Of a stretch of DNA of 64,000 nt, positions 50,601 through 61,400 are shown piece by piece. Made by a program: the position numbers and the translations under genes. The stretch spans positions 17,925,780-17,989,779 of the forward strand of contig OZ316895.1 in the NCBI GenBank assembly GCA_973895155.1. The letters are read 5' to 3'. The stretch is from Marsupella aquatica (taxonomy: Eukaryota; Plantae; Marchantiophyta). Every line of letters begins with the position of its first letter. Within the stretch, counting starts at the first letter, position 1. Under the pieces are notes generated by a model. It made no database searches. It was not told the DNA's origin and worked only from the letters and a program-made list of their open reading frames with translations.

Positions 50601-52271
50601 GGTTGCTGCATCGGCAAGTCCTCCTTCCTGGGCCTAAACACCTGCTCGATCGTAGGACTAACAGGTGGTTGAGGCTTCTCAGCCAACGGCCTCGGCGTTG
50701 GAGCTTCCTCGGGTGCCCTTACCTGCAGGGGAAGTACCGGGGCAAAAGTCTGACCTCTGGCATACCGGCACAACAGCGGCATGTGATAGCCCAGCCGCGA
50801 CACGCTCCCCATGCCGATTACCTGCTGCTCCTCCTTTAAGATCTTCTTCAATTGGTTGAGGAGGTACCCGTTGTAGTCCCGGCTTGGGTCTGGCCTTTCT
50901 GCCAGATAGACCTGTGCCTTGCCGATCTCTGCCCTCGGCAAGTTACAATGCATGGTCACCCGCAAGAAGTCGATCATCTCTCCTATGTGCGGGTTGGTGC
51001 AGGTGTTCCGGAAGAAGCCATTCTTCGTTGATGGCCCGGGGAACGACCGGAACTCCTTGTCAGGCAAGGTCTTCCTGGTATCAACTTTGGTCTTATTGCC
51101 TATCGGCAGGCCAAACACTTCGGCAATTACCTTGGGAGTAAGATAGAAATCCTTCCCATATATCCTCGTGCAATTGGTTTCGGGTTCCCATGACCCCACG
51201 AATTCTAATAGGTCTGACTCCGGTACCTCCGGCTTCAGCCATGGTAATCTTACAAAGGCCTCCAAGCCGGATCCGGCCATGAAGCCTTGGTACTTCTTGG
51301 TCTGCATGGCCGTAAAGCATGCATCCTCCTCCCGTGCAAAATGTAGTTGCACCTCCACCGGTAGGGTTGCCGCCCAGCCCTTCCAGGTGTCATCCTTGGT
51401 TGGAATGGCCTTGATGGGATCGACCTCCTCCTCTTCGGCTTCTCCCTGCCTCCTGCTCTGCTGCTCGGCTGGCTTCTTTGGTGCCGCCGACCTCGTTCTT
51501 TTTGCCGGGGTGGCTTCATCGTTGACGGCTCCCTTCCTCTTCATCTTTGTTGTCGTGGAGGTTTCTCCTAGCACCGTTGCCTGGGTCCACCTTTCCGTGC
51601 TACCCTTTAATTCCCAGTGTATGTCGTTGCAGTTCTTGATGGCCTCTCGGATGCCGACGACGCTGTCTTTGCAAAACAAAAGATTGTCGAATTGATTGGA
51701 AGTAGGCGTCCACAGAAACTCGTCCTTGATGAGTTCGCCTCCTAAGAAAGCCGTCTTCTGCAGCTCCCACAATCGAGCGAGCTCCTGCCATTCTCGAGCT
51801 GCCCTTTCTGATTCCTCGTCCTCGTAAGTCTTGATGTACTCAGTTGCCCGTTCGAACAGGCATCCCCATAAATGTGCCGCTTGATTGACGTTGCTCATAC
51901 CCTCCTTAGGTCGATCGTCGGTATCTACTCTCTCCCCGAGTGCTTGCCTAAGCAGCTGACAGTAGTTGGCCTCCCGTAGTCGTCTGCCTAGTTCGTGCTC
52001 GCAAATGAGCCACCATCTCCTGCAAGCGCTCCTTACCCCTCTCCTCTGCCTGTCCTTCTTCCCGTTGATCCTTCCTAGCCGCCGACGCTTAACGCGCCCT
52101 AACCCTAATCGGGTTTTCACCCTCAGCCTTACCTCCGGCCTCAGCCCGGGTTCCATGGTTGCCCCTAATTGTTTATATTTTCCTTGTTTTGTCCCTATAC
52201 TAAGGTGTTCCTAGGGTGCCTTCCTGCTTTACCCACTTAACCGGCCGAGTGATTCCTGTCTAGGCATCACA
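47603..52271 (-). repeat. 3' LTR (4669 bp)
   Basis: TGTGGTGCG…GGCATCACA. Near-identical to 58496-63154 apart from scattered substitutions and a 10-bp indel. PPT adjacent. Confidence 0.95.
48524..52156 (-). CDS. LTR-encoded 1210-aa accessory protein (central plant-transposon-type globular domain + long coiled coil), intact
   Basis: The ORF lies wholly within the 3' LTR. GLEAFVRLPW…LLEFVGSW…IYGKDFYLTPKVIAEVFGLP aligns with the other LTR ORFs. The real start may be the later MSNVNQ. Confidence 0.85.
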   Translation of the reverse strand: MEPGLRPEVRLRVKTRLGLGRVKRRRLGRINGKKDRQRRGVRSACRRWWLICEHELGRRLREANYCQLLRQALGERVDTDDRPKEGMSNVNQAAHLWGCLFERATEYIKTYEDEESERAAREWQELARLWELQKTAFLGGELIKDEFLWTPTSNQFDNLLFCKDSVVGIREAIKNCNDIHWELKGSTERWTQATVLGETSTTTKMKRKGAVNDEATPAKRTRSAAPKKPAEQQSRRQGEAEEEEVDPIKAIPTKDDTWKGWAATLPVEVQLHFAREEDACFTAMQTKKYQGFMAGSGLEAFVRLPWLKPEVPESDLLEFVGSWEPETNCTRIYGKDFYLTPKVIAEVFGLPIGNKTKVDTRKTLPDKEFRSFPGPSTKNGFFRNTCTNPHIGEMIDFLRVTMHCNLPRAEIGKAQVYLAERPDPSRDYNGYLLNQLKKILKEEQQVIGMGSVSRLGYHMPLLCRYARGQTFAPVLPLQVRAPEEAPTPRPLAEKPQPPVSPTIEQVFRPRKEDLPMQQPGMQSLLKLLEKEKKSASATTTATATMQDTTTEVGLHRLTRENPFAGDKERIRPESKPSVRMYVGTSSSESEAELPEAPTDEEEREKPDVQEVEEAVEDCNHDNSGYGSDHHVPGVRTCGRFVPTLPRVVRGDPNQQSSPESPPPDVAPPSFDGIKQTVQEFQERIKQEEEAALAKEKDLPGGDWPEDIRRLAKKGSKPLATIEEIRRTAWEQRPRWAMPITSTYSTYAKNRAMEYGEMCGELALGIFGEELEVGPFFHREQLEKHQLEEAVALERSKKDEVIRRLRRMEAEIEDLRAAKKAQDELRIKRHELNIMQGQLDTAQADNQNIKDKLTQTQEELADTIKEREKWKQELKNTEEAHITANSRAMAETQRKEWALKGELEKIRGALEQKEAELGKSYQGIMALQQELASLTASFKADLREKDEMLEQTYAKMNQMESVIIAELDKELKATQEERTTLKQEREEAQKELEEARKDLDETQEELEEITRKMENLQRRADNQTERLKKQAAVFRCLSSSGPTPIGATKLPGVVLAEEKAAPTAPVPEVSGKGKGPAAEPEKKKKRKPSGSRSNPTPQAVVTKEVEPAPSSDMNTAIDPAMITGRDGAAQAELLSKEASIPDPPLEQAGETVAEAEAVTDSRADADADGGPNQADGELTQSRAGNLSGNEPTAVAEEEALGASIKDPPPVS

Positions 52272-55200
52272 TAGCTCCCCACTTAATTGTGAAGCGTCCT
52301 CGCGAACAACTTCATCTTCGTCCATATAGTATTTCTTGAGGCGGTCATAATGGATGCGAACTGGATATACCTCTCCCGTAATGTTGGCCAATTGTACGGA
52401 GCCATTGGGGAACATCATGGTTACTCTAAAGGGTCCTAACCAGCGAGTGTAAAGCTTTCCTGGAAACCTACTATACCTACTGTCATAAAGTAGCACAAGA
52501 TCACCGGTATGAATACTAACTACTTTTAACCTTTTATCATACTGCTGCTTCATGATATTCTGTCTATATTCTACTCTCTCGGCTGAAATCATTCTCGCTT
52601 CCTCTAAAGCTTCTAACCTATATTCTTGCTCCTTTAGGCTCTCCTCCGCTGAGGCTCTTTCCTCAATTGTAACTTGAAATGTCGGTATCTCAAGTTGCAT
52701 GGGTACCAGGGCTTCTTGTCCAAAGGTTAAGAAGAAGGGTGTATGACCGGTAGTGGATTTATAGGCAAGATTGTAAGCAAAAACAGCAGCAAACAATTTA
52801 TCATCCCAATCGAGTTTGTTCTGAGCTACTGTCTTGTTCAATATCTTTCCTATAATTCCGTTTGCTCGTTCTGTCAACCCGTTTGCCTTTGGATGGTAGG
52901 GAGTAGTAGGCCTATGTTTAACTAAATACTGCTCATTTAAACGACTAATTATATCATTCAAAAAATGGGTTCCTCTATCACTAACTAATTCTAGGGGTGC
53001 TCCATACCTGGTGAAGATCTGCTCATACATGAATCTAGCCGTAGTAATTGCATCATCCTTCGTTGTTGGTCTGGCCTCTACCCATTTAGTTGCATAATCC
53101 GTAGCCAGGATTATGTACTTGTTCCGTCGAGGGTGGGTCAGTGGTTTCAGAGGTCCAATGTAATCAATACCCCACTTCTCGAATGGTGCTAGAGGTAGAA
53201 TAGGGTGCAGTGGATGCCTGGTGGACGCCCTTGGTCCTCCCGCTCGTTGACAATGATCGCATTGTTTGATAAACTGATAGACATCTTTGTGCAAGGTGGG
53301 CCACCAGTAACCGGCATTTAATATCTTCTTAGACGTGGTTACTGGGGCAAAATGTCCTCCGGCCTCCTCTCCATGCATGGCCCGTAGGACTCGTTTTACC
53401 TCTCTCTTTTCCAAACATCTTTGAATCGTGCCGTTGATTCCATGCTTGTGCAGTATGCCTTTAATGCACTGATACTGTCTGACCTTCCGCACAAAGACTG
53501 CGGCTTGCTCTCGGCTTAATCCTGGCTGTAATCTGGAAGTGCTGAGAAATTGTAAAATCTCAGGGTACCATGTACCAGCTATTTCCACAACGAATAGCTC
53601 CTCGTCGGGGAATCGATCATCGATGCAATCCGTGGCAGGTTTACCTGTGATCCTTGAAAAGAAGTCGGCATTGGCATGTAACTTTCCCGGCTTGATCCTC
53701 AGCTCATAGTCAAACTCCTGTAATAGCAAAATCCATCTTGCTACTCTGCCTGTAAGGTCCGGCTTATTGACTAGGTACTTCAAACTTTCATGATCAGTAT
53801 GAAAGATTACCTTGTACCCTAGTAAATAATGCCTAAACTTTTTACAAGAATAAATGACTCCTAATGCTTCTCTTTCCGTGGTAGAGTAGTTCCGTTCGGC
53901 ATCGGCAAGCTGACGGCTTGCGAAGTATATGGGATGGTCCCTTCCTTTCTCATCCAACTGACTTAGTACTGAGCCAATACAGAAGCCCGAGACATCTACA
54001 AAAACATGAAAATCTTTGTTCCAGTCCGGTGCTATCATGACTGGGGCCTCTACTAACATCTGCTTCAATTCTACCACCGCTGTGACTCGTTCGGGTGTGG
54101 GTTCGAAGTCTGCTCCTGCCTTGAGCATATTGGTTAATGGTAAAGCTAGCTTGGCAAAATCCTTGATGAACCGGCGATAGTAACCAATGCATCCCAAGAA
54201 GGATCTTACATCCTTTATGTTCTTAGGTTGCATGATATCTAGCCATACTGCTAGCTTACCTTTGTCAATCTCAATGCCCTTCCTTGATACCTTGTGACCT
54301 AGTAGCACCCCCTCGGTTACTGCAAAAAAACATTTATCTGGGTGTAACTTGAGACCCACCTCTCTACATCTCATGAAGGTTTTCCTGAGGTATTTAGCAT
54401 GTTTCGATGCCTTCCCGAATACTGCAAAGTCATCAATGAAGATTTCCATGAACTTTCTCAAGTAATCATGAAAAATGTTCACCATTAATCGTTGGAACAT
54501 AGCTGGTGCGTTGCAGAGTCCAAACGGCATACGATTGAAGACATAGATCCCCCATTCCGTGATGAAGGCCGTCTTGATTTGGTCTTCCTGCCGAATCCTG
54601 ATTTGGTTATAACCAGAGTATCCATCCATGAATGAATATAGTTCATGACTGGCTACCATGTCTAGTACCATATCAGTAAACGGTAAAGGAAAATGGTCTT
54701 TTAATGTTGCTTCATTCAGCTTCCTGTAATCCTGACAAACCCGGATCTTGGGTTTACCATCGGGTCCAGCTTTCTTGGGAACTATCACAATTGGAGACAC
54801 CCAGTTTGAATGCAGGACTGGAGTGATGAATCCAGCTTCCACTAGTTTGTCGATTTCTGTTTTGACCAGCAGGGAATACTTCGGGTTCATCCTTCGAATT
54901 GGTTGTCGAAATGATTTGGCTCCTAACATGAGATCAATTCGATGTTCCCCTAGTGTTGGATCTACTCCCTTTAGATCTTGGTGACTCCATGCAAACACAT
55001 CCTGAAATTCAATCAATAAGTCTCTGATCTCTTTCTCGAGCTCAGGTGCTAGGTTTCTCCCTAAGTTCAGTTCTCTTCCCTCTCCTAAGTCGAGCTTCCG
55101 ATATTGCCGTGCTTGGATCATATTAATCTGCTTCTTCAAATTCGGGTCCAGTTCGGCTTCCAGTCTCTCTAATCTCATACCTCCATAAACTGGGATCTCG

Positions 55201-55526
55201 GCTGGACTAGCCGAGTCGGTCCCTTCCTTGGTGTCCATAGATTGTCCCCTTACCGGTCTATTCAGTTTTGAATTAGTGGTCGGCTCCCCTTCCTGCCTTG
55301 GCTCTGGATCGTGTCTGTCCATCTCATCCACCTCTTGCTCCTGAGAGTTAGGCCGTTGTGCTCTCTCGGCTTCTAATAGGGCCTCAATTTGTTCTGCCCT
55401 CGTAATCGGCTTGTATGCCGATCCCTTGGTATTTAATTCCTTGCCGATGATCGATGGCGTTGTGAACCCTGCCGGCTCTGCCACAATGCCTGCAGAAAAT
55501 CCATTGTCCCTGCTACTGCTCCCCAC
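52260..55526 (-). CDS. pol: Pol (RT-RNase H-integrase), expressed by probable -1 frameshift from gag-pro
   Basis: RVCQDYRKLN, MPFGLCNAP, FIDDF, VDVSGFCIG, HGEEAGGH…CDHCQ, WGIDYIGP, SDRGTHF, WLGPFRV. Confidence 0.96.
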   Translation of the reverse strand: MGSSSRDNGFSAGIVAEPAGFTTPSIIGKELNTKGSAYKPITRAEQIEALLEAERAQRPNSQEQEVDEMDRHDPEPRQEGEPTTNSKLNRPVRGQSMDTKEGTDSASPAEIPVYGGMRLERLEAELDPNLKKQINMIQARQYRKLDLGEGRELNLGRNLAPELEKEIRDLLIEFQDVFAWSHQDLKGVDPTLGEHRIDLMLGAKSFRQPIRRMNPKYSLLVKTEIDKLVEAGFITPVLHSNWVSPIVIVPKKAGPDGKPKIRVCQDYRKLNEATLKDHFPLPFTDMVLDMVASHELYSFMDGYSGYNQIRIRQEDQIKTAFITEWGIYVFNRMPFGLCNAPAMFQRLMVNIFHDYLRKFMEIFIDDFAVFGKASKHAKYLRKTFMRCREVGLKLHPDKCFFAVTEGVLLGHKVSRKGIEIDKGKLAVWLDIMQPKNIKDVRSFLGCIGYYRRFIKDFAKLALPLTNMLKAGADFEPTPERVTAVVELKQMLVEAPVMIAPDWNKDFHVFVDVSGFCIGSVLSQLDEKGRDHPIYFASRQLADAERNYSTTEREALGVIYSCKKFRHYLLGYKVIFHTDHESLKYLVNKPDLTGRVARWILLLQEFDYELRIKPGKLHANADFFSRITGKPATDCIDDRFPDEELFVVEIAGTWYPEILQFLSTSRLQPGLSREQAAVFVRKVRQYQCIKGILHKHGINGTIQRCLEKREVKRVLRAMHGEEAGGHFAPVTTSKKILNAGYWWPTLHKDVYQFIKQCDHCQRAGGPRASTRHPLHPILPLAPFEKWGIDYIGPLKPLTHPRRNKYIILATDYATKWVEARPTTKDDAITTARFMYEQIFTRYGAPLELVSDRGTHFLNDIISRLNEQYLVKHRPTTPYHPKANGLTERANGIIGKILNKTVAQNKLDWDDKLFAAVFAYNLAYKSTTGHTPFFLTFGQEALVPMQLEIPTFQVTIEERASAEESLKEQEYRLEALEEARMISAERVEYRQNIMKQQYDKRLKVVSIHTGDLVLLYDSRYSRFPGKLYTRWLGPFRVTMMFPNGSVQLANITGEVYPVRIHYDRLKKYYMDEDEVVREDASQLSGELCDA
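52272..52284 (-). other. Polypurine tract
   Basis: AAGTGGGGAGCTA immediately 5' of the 3' LTR on the minus strand. Confidence 0.75.
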
Positions 55527-58426
55527 TTAGCCATTTCATCCAATTGGTCTACATCCTTTACTTCCTCCGGAATTGCAGCTAAAAAGGTGGATTCTATTGT
55601 AAAGCAGTCCTCGACCTCTTCGTCTTCTTCTTCCAAGTCACCTTCCATTGGTTCTTGCCATAATCCGCTGGGGGGTACCTCTGGTCCAAAGACACCTTCT
55701 TCGGTTAGGTTAGTGAGGCATTCTAACCAACGTACTTCATCGGCTGACTCCAGTCCACTGTCGTACCCATCTACTTCCCTTATGCTTTTCCTACGGTCAT
55801 CCTTAGTGTCCCAGGATACTGTGATAGAGGGGGTCCCGAAAGTGAACTGCTTTTTACCCCAATCTTCTATTACCTCGGCTAGGTACAGCCATGGCCTACC
55901 AATCAATAGTCGGAATGACGTAGGATTTACCGGCTTCATTACTACATAGTTAATGCTAAAGAAGATACCTCCTATCTCTGTCTTGATGCCGGTTAACACT
56001 CCCGTAGGAATGACCTGATATCCATTGGCCATGTTCAACACTCTTCCAGTCATCTCCGGTGTTAGACCCCACCCTTTTGCTGTTGAATCAATCATAATAC
56101 ATACCCCTGATCCTCCATCGATGGGTACCCGTAGTAATAATTCTCCTTGAATCATTAATGGTAATGCTGGGGCTCCTTGATCTTCTTCTATCATTAGTAC
56201 GTCGGATCTGGTTGCTACCTTGGGTAATCTCGGCTTGCCGAGAATAGCCTTCCTTAATTGCTTCCGGAAGTACGGGCTATTTTTCAATAGTTGACCTACT
56301 GTTGCCGAGACTCTAGATTCTAGTACATCTTTAGCCAGGTCATAGGGAACAATCGGCTTCTCCTCTGGTGGTGTTTCTGTCTTGGATTCGGCCAGTTTTG
56401 CCACGCTAGTCTCCACAGCTGTTGGGTCTTCCGAAGCAAACAATGCTTTTGCTCGTTTTACATCCTTGGCAATGGCTTCGGTATTCTCCAGGGTTTCTAA
56501 TTCTCTTAGTTGTTCCTTAACACTAGCCGTAACAGAGGGGTAGAACAACTTAGGATGATCTCGATTGAAGTCGCTATCTTGTGAAGGATTGGTTTCACTG
56601 GTGGGCTCATGGCTTACCTGTATTGCCGGAGCCCTCCCTTCTCCTTCTGTTGATGTTGACGAAGAGTCGATCCTTTCCTCCGTAACCTTCCCTTTATTTT
56701 TGGCCAGCCCATCCCACCTTTCCTTCCTTCTGGTAGATCGAGTAGAGACCCGGTAGCAATCATGATCTAAATCCTCCTCTGAGAAGGTTGATAGGGCTTC
56801 GGCCTCATCATCAGATGGTACGAACTCTGCCTCGGCATCCTCTTGCCATCCTAGTTCGATGTGGTTGATTTGAACTCCTCCGGGGGTAGTACCTGGCGGT
56901 AAGATCTTGATCGGCAAAAGCTTATGATTTGCGGCCAGGCCTGCCAACCAAGTAGGACATTGCCCTAGCATATGACCTTCCTGTCGGCATCCCATACATA
57001 GCTGAGCTGGTTGTCCATCACCCTGTTTGCGTGCATTCGGGCATTCTCTAGCAAAATGGCCAGGTTGACCACAATTATAGCACGCCGCAAATCTTTGCAC
57101 ATTCAGCCTAGGAGGTACTGACGGGTTCTGAATAATCCGAGGATACATCTCTCCTGGATTGTTCCTTAACCCTGACCACAGAGATGCAGGTCTGTTGGAT
57201 AGGTCTCGTGCTCCAATCTCACTGATGCCGAAAACACTATCAGCGGCATCTCCTAAAAAGTACTCTACTTCTCCCTGACATGGTCTGATCTCGGCCACAT
57301 GCCGAACATGATTAGTATTAAGCTTAGGACACGCATCTTTATGGTGTCCGGTTTTATAACATAAGGCACACCATACAGAGCTATCCTCCTGTACTACCTT
57401 CTTCTTTGGTTTTACCTCTGCAATGATAGCCTTAAGTTGCTCGGTAAGGGCTACGATGTTATCTGGTGGCTTAGCCTCCATCTTGACTTTCGTCTTCCCT
57501 CTCCTTCTGCCCTTCCTTTTCCTAGTTTTTTCTTCTTCAGAACTAGAAGATGACTCACTCTTGCTACTCCCACTATCCGAGCTTGACTTATCACTTCTAG
57601 ACTTCTTGGGATGTTTCTTCTTCTTATCTTTTTTCTTATGGGGTGATCCCTCCTCTGATGAGGAACTCTCAGACTTAAGCTGTTTCTTCCGGCTTGTGAT
57701 ATCTGCATTAATGTATAATTGAATATCCTTAATTGCTTCGGCTAAAGTCTCCGGGTTCTCCTTCCTAATTGCAAAACTCATCTTCTGTGGCAAAGCATTC
57801 ACCAACCATTGAAGTTGCATACCTTCAGATGCATTGGTCTTTGTACGTCTTACCAGTTTCTGAAAGCGTTGCAAGAACTTCCTGAAGGATTTGTTCTCCT
57901 TGAACCGAAGTTGTCCCAACTTCAGCACTGCTAGTTCTGAAGTTCCAATGGGTCGAAACTCCTTAACAAAGAGTGTTTTGAAGATATCCCAGATGGCTTG
58001 ATCTTCCATATCTAATGCTCTGTACCAAGGCCTAGCCTCACCCTTGAACAGGCCGGGAAGAATTTGCATCTTGATGGCCGATTCTCCATTTGCTGCAGCG
58101 GTTCCCTCGAAATCATCCAACCATTCGTCCGGATCCTCATCTCCTCTCCCATGAAATGCCTTGTAATGTATGCGCGACCACTGGCTCAATCTGGTCCCTG
58201 GCCTCTCGTCTGGCCGTGCCTCTGGTTCCCCCATGTCGGTTGGAGACTCACTTCTCCTTACCGACTCTTCTTCTGGTATGTCTTCTTCGACGCCACTTCC
58301 AGTTTCAGAGCTACCAGCTCTTTCTGCCCCTCTCAGTCGCTGTGTATCATGCCACCCGGCGAGCTGCTGCAGTCGAGCTCTCTCCCGTTGAATCACTCTT
58401 TCTTCCCTTGGCGTAAGGTCAGTCAT
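55433..58426 (-). CDS. gag: Gag-protease (997 aa) with three CCHC zinc knuckles
   Basis: FHGRGDEDPDEWLDDF capsid-like start; CALCYKTGHHKDAC, CYNCGQPGHFAREC and CMGCRQEGHMLGQC knuckles; protease IDGGSG…LLIGRPWL. Confidence 0.95.
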   Translation of the reverse strand: MTDLTPREERVIQRERARLQQLAGWHDTQRLRGAERAGSSETGSGVEEDIPEEESVRRSESPTDMGEPEARPDERPGTRLSQWSRIHYKAFHGRGDEDPDEWLDDFEGTAAANGESAIKMQILPGLFKGEARPWYRALDMEDQAIWDIFKTLFVKEFRPIGTSELAVLKLGQLRFKENKSFRKFLQRFQKLVRRTKTNASEGMQLQWLVNALPQKMSFAIRKENPETLAEAIKDIQLYINADITSRKKQLKSESSSSEEGSPHKKKDKKKKHPKKSRSDKSSSDSGSSKSESSSSSEEEKTRKRKGRRRGKTKVKMEAKPPDNIVALTEQLKAIIAEVKPKKKVVQEDSSVWCALCYKTGHHKDACPKLNTNHVRHVAEIRPCQGEVEYFLGDAADSVFGISEIGARDLSNRPASLWSGLRNNPGEMYPRIIQNPSVPPRLNVQRFAACYNCGQPGHFARECPNARKQGDGQPAQLCMGCRQEGHMLGQCPTWLAGLAANHKLLPIKILPPGTTPGGVQINHIELGWQEDAEAEFVPSDDEAEALSTFSEEDLDHDCYRVSTRSTRRKERWDGLAKNKGKVTEERIDSSSTSTEGEGRAPAIQVSHEPTSETNPSQDSDFNRDHPKLFYPSVTASVKEQLRELETLENTEAIAKDVKRAKALFASEDPTAVETSVAKLAESKTETPPEEKPIVPYDLAKDVLESRVSATVGQLLKNSPYFRKQLRKAILGKPRLPKVATRSDVLMIEEDQGAPALPLMIQGELLLRVPIDGGSGVCIMIDSTAKGWGLTPEMTGRVLNMANGYQVIPTGVLTGIKTEIGGIFFSINYVVMKPVNPTSFRLLIGRPWLYLAEVIEDWGKKQFTFGTPSITVSWDTKDDRRKSIREVDGYDSGLESADEVRWLECLTNLTEEGVFGPEVPPSGLWQEPMEGDLEEEDEEVEDCFTIESTFLAAIPEEVKDVDQLDEMAKWGAVAGTMDFLQALWQSRQGSQRHRSSARN
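55456..55502 (-). promoter_or_regulatory. Candidate -1 ribosomal frameshift signal (G_GAU_UUU + hairpin)
   Basis: The heptamer lies in the gag/pol overlap and in the correct phase, followed by a 5-nt spacer and a GGCAUUGUG…CACAACGCC stem. Confidence 0.7.
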
Positions 58427-58471
58427 TACCTACGCTTCCGTTCTAACTTCATATCTCACGGCTTAAGAAAT

Positions 58472-58491
58472 GCCCCCTCCATCTAGCGCCA
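58472..58491 (-). other. Primer binding site
   Basis: TGGCGCTAGATGGAGGGGGC lies 4 nt downstream of the 5' LTR. The cognate tRNA was not determined. Confidence 0.8.
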
Positions 58492-58495
58492 AAAA

Positions 58496-61400
58496 TGTGG
58501 TGCGTCCCATGGCTCCCTAAACCCAAGAAACCCCCCAGCTCAAGCCGATTCCCGCAGGTTTCGTGCTTGGCAAGGCCGTTTCCGCGGCTTAGCGGCATGG
58601 GACGCTGCTAACCTTCTACTACTACTATTAACATTTTACACACATATACTGGACAGATCCTTCATCGGGTCATGAGATACGTAGCCGGCCTAATATAGGC
58701 CTTCCCCTGTCTTCCCCTCCGTCTTGTTAGGTATGTTTGGATTCCGCCGCCGGAATGATCCCCAATAGGCTTGGTTAAGCCGCTAAGACCTCTCTCAGCT
58801 CGACACATCCAACTCTTACTCCCCTGCTTACTTTCCTTCCGTCTGTTGATGTGGGCACTCTTCACACAAGTTAATGCGACACACAAATAGCAAAATGACT
58901 CATTCTGACTGAGTCATACCATGCACTTGCCATACAAACAGTACATCTCATACACAAGTTCTGCGAACTAAGCCGTGAGGCCAACTCTATTCAGCTCTTA
59001 GGCATGAGGAAACATGAATATACACAAGGGTCACTGTATGACTAACCGAGAGCTTCTCGTACTACTTGATCCCAGCCCGGCTGGTGCAAACTAAAAACTT
59101 GCTAAAGAAGAGGCCCTGAGCTCCCCGCTGCCCAAGTACTTATCCTGGTAGTGGATCCGCCATTCTTTGCATCGTAAGCCTAATCTACTTAACAGTAATC
59201 TACTTGCCCGAATCTACCTATGTACAGCAAGGCAGGAGCACAAGTGTTGCTCCTACCAGTGGGACCGCAATCCCACTAAGCTAAGTGTCAGGGCCGCTCC
59301 TGGTTCTGATCCTAATCCTAAACGTGGAGATCCGCGCCCGCCCTGCCCACTCACGCCTCCTCCCTCCACGTCCGCCCTCCCTAAAAGGAACGGCGCCCTT
59401 GCACCGTCACGACACCGGTGGTGGATCCTTAATGGACGCCCCCAACGCTTCCTCCTCAGCCACTGCCGTAGGCTCATTCCCTGACAGATTACCTGCCCTT
59501 GACTGAGTCAACTCTCCATCGGCCTGATTGGGTCCACCATCGGCGTCGGCATCGGCTCGAGAATCGGTTACGGCCTCAGCCTCGGGTACGGTCTCCCCGG
59601 CCTGCTCAAGAGGCGGATCTGGAATACCGGCCTCCTTACTGAGTAGTTCGGCTTGGGCCGCACCACCCCCACCTGTGATCATAGCGGGATCTATTGCCGT
59701 ATTCATGTCGGAGGATGGTGCTGGTTCTACCTCTTTGGTCACCACGGCTTGTGGAGTCGGATTACTCCTTGACCCTGAAGGTTTCCGCTTTTTCTTCTTT
59801 TCTGGTTCGGCAGCTGGTCCCTTCCCCTTCCCACTTACCTCCGGCACTGGTGCAGTTGGCGCGGCTTTTTCTTCGGCCAGTACCACTCCTGGTAACTTGG
59901 TTGCCCCAATTGGAGTTGGGCCTGATGAAGACAAGCACCTAAATACTGCGGCTTGTTTCTTCAGCCGCTCCGTTTGGTTGTCGGCCCGCCGCTGGAGGTT
60001 CTCCATCTTCCTCGTGATTTCCTCCAACTCCTCCTGGGTCTCATCCAGGTCCTTGCGTGCCTCCTCTAGTTCCTTCTGGGCTTCCTCCCGTTCTTGTTTC
60101 AAGGTAGTCCTCTCCTCCTGGGTTGCTTTTAGCTCCTTGTCGAGCTCTGCAATGATGACAGACTCCATCTGGTTCATCTTGGCGTAAGTCTGTTCGAGCA
60201 TCTCGTCCTTCTCCCTTAGGTCGGCCTTGAAGCTGGCCGTCAGGGACGCAAGCTCCTGCTGCAGCGCCATAATCCCTTGATAGGATTTCCCTAACTCGAC
60301 CTCCTTCTGCTCAAGGGCTCCGCGGATTTTCTCGAGCTCCCCTTTCAACGCCCATTCCTTTCTTTGGGTCTCCGCCATGGCCCGGCTGTTGGCTGTTATG
60401 TGGGCCTCCTCTGTATTCTTCAGCTCTTGCTTCCACTTCTCCCTCTCTTTGATCGTGTCGGCCAACTCTTCCTGCGTCTGAGTCAGTTTATCCTTGATAT
60501 TCTGATTATCAGCCTGCGCGGCGTCCAACTGCCCCTGCATGATGTTCAGCTCATGTCGTTTAATCCGCAGTTCATCTTGGGCTTTCTTGGCCGCCCTTAG
60601 ATCTTCAATCTCGGCTTCCATCCTCCTAAGCCGCCGAATGACCTCGTCCTTCTTGCTTCTCTCTAAAGCCACCGCTTCTTCTAATTGGTGCTTCTCCAAC
60701 TGCTCCCTATGAAAAAAGGGTCCTACCTCCAACTCCTCTCCAAAGATGCCGAGCGCAAGTTCCCCACACATCTCACCATACTCCATGGCTCTATTCTTAG
60801 CGTAGGTGGAGTAAGTAGAAGTGATCGGCATCGCCCATCGTGGCCTCTGCTCCCAAGCCGTCCTGCGGATCTCTTCAATCGTGGCTAGAGGTTTGCTTCC
60901 TTTTTCGGCTAGCCGCCTGATGTCCTCCGGCCAATCTCCTCCTGGTAAATCCTTTTCCTTAGCCAGGGCGGCCTCTTCCTCCTGCTTGATTCGCTCCTGA
61001 AATTCCTGCACCGTCTATTTTATGCCGTCGAAGCTCGGGGGAGCAACATCTGGTGGGGGAGACTCAGGGCTACTCTGCTGGTTGGGGTCCCCTCGCACTA
61101 CCCTTGGAAGTGTGGGGACAAACCGGCCACAGGTCCTTACTCCTGGAACGTGATGGTCCGACCCATAGCCGGAATTATCATGGCTGCAGTCCTCCACTGC
61201 CTCCTCTACCTCTTGGACGTCCGGCTTCTCCCTCTCCTCTTCCTCGGTAGGAGCTTCAGGCAATTCTGCCTCAGATTCGGAGCTTGAGGTTCCCACGTAC
61301 ATTCGAACACCTGGCTTGGATTCCGGCCTGATTCTCTCCTTGTCTCCAGCAAAGGGGTTTTCTCTTGTGAGCCGGTGTTGGCCTACCTCTGTAGTAGTGT

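Noticed and set aside
48524-52156. LTR ORF as a retroviral env gene
   Set aside because: It has no signal peptide or transmembrane segment and is a charged coiled-coil protein.
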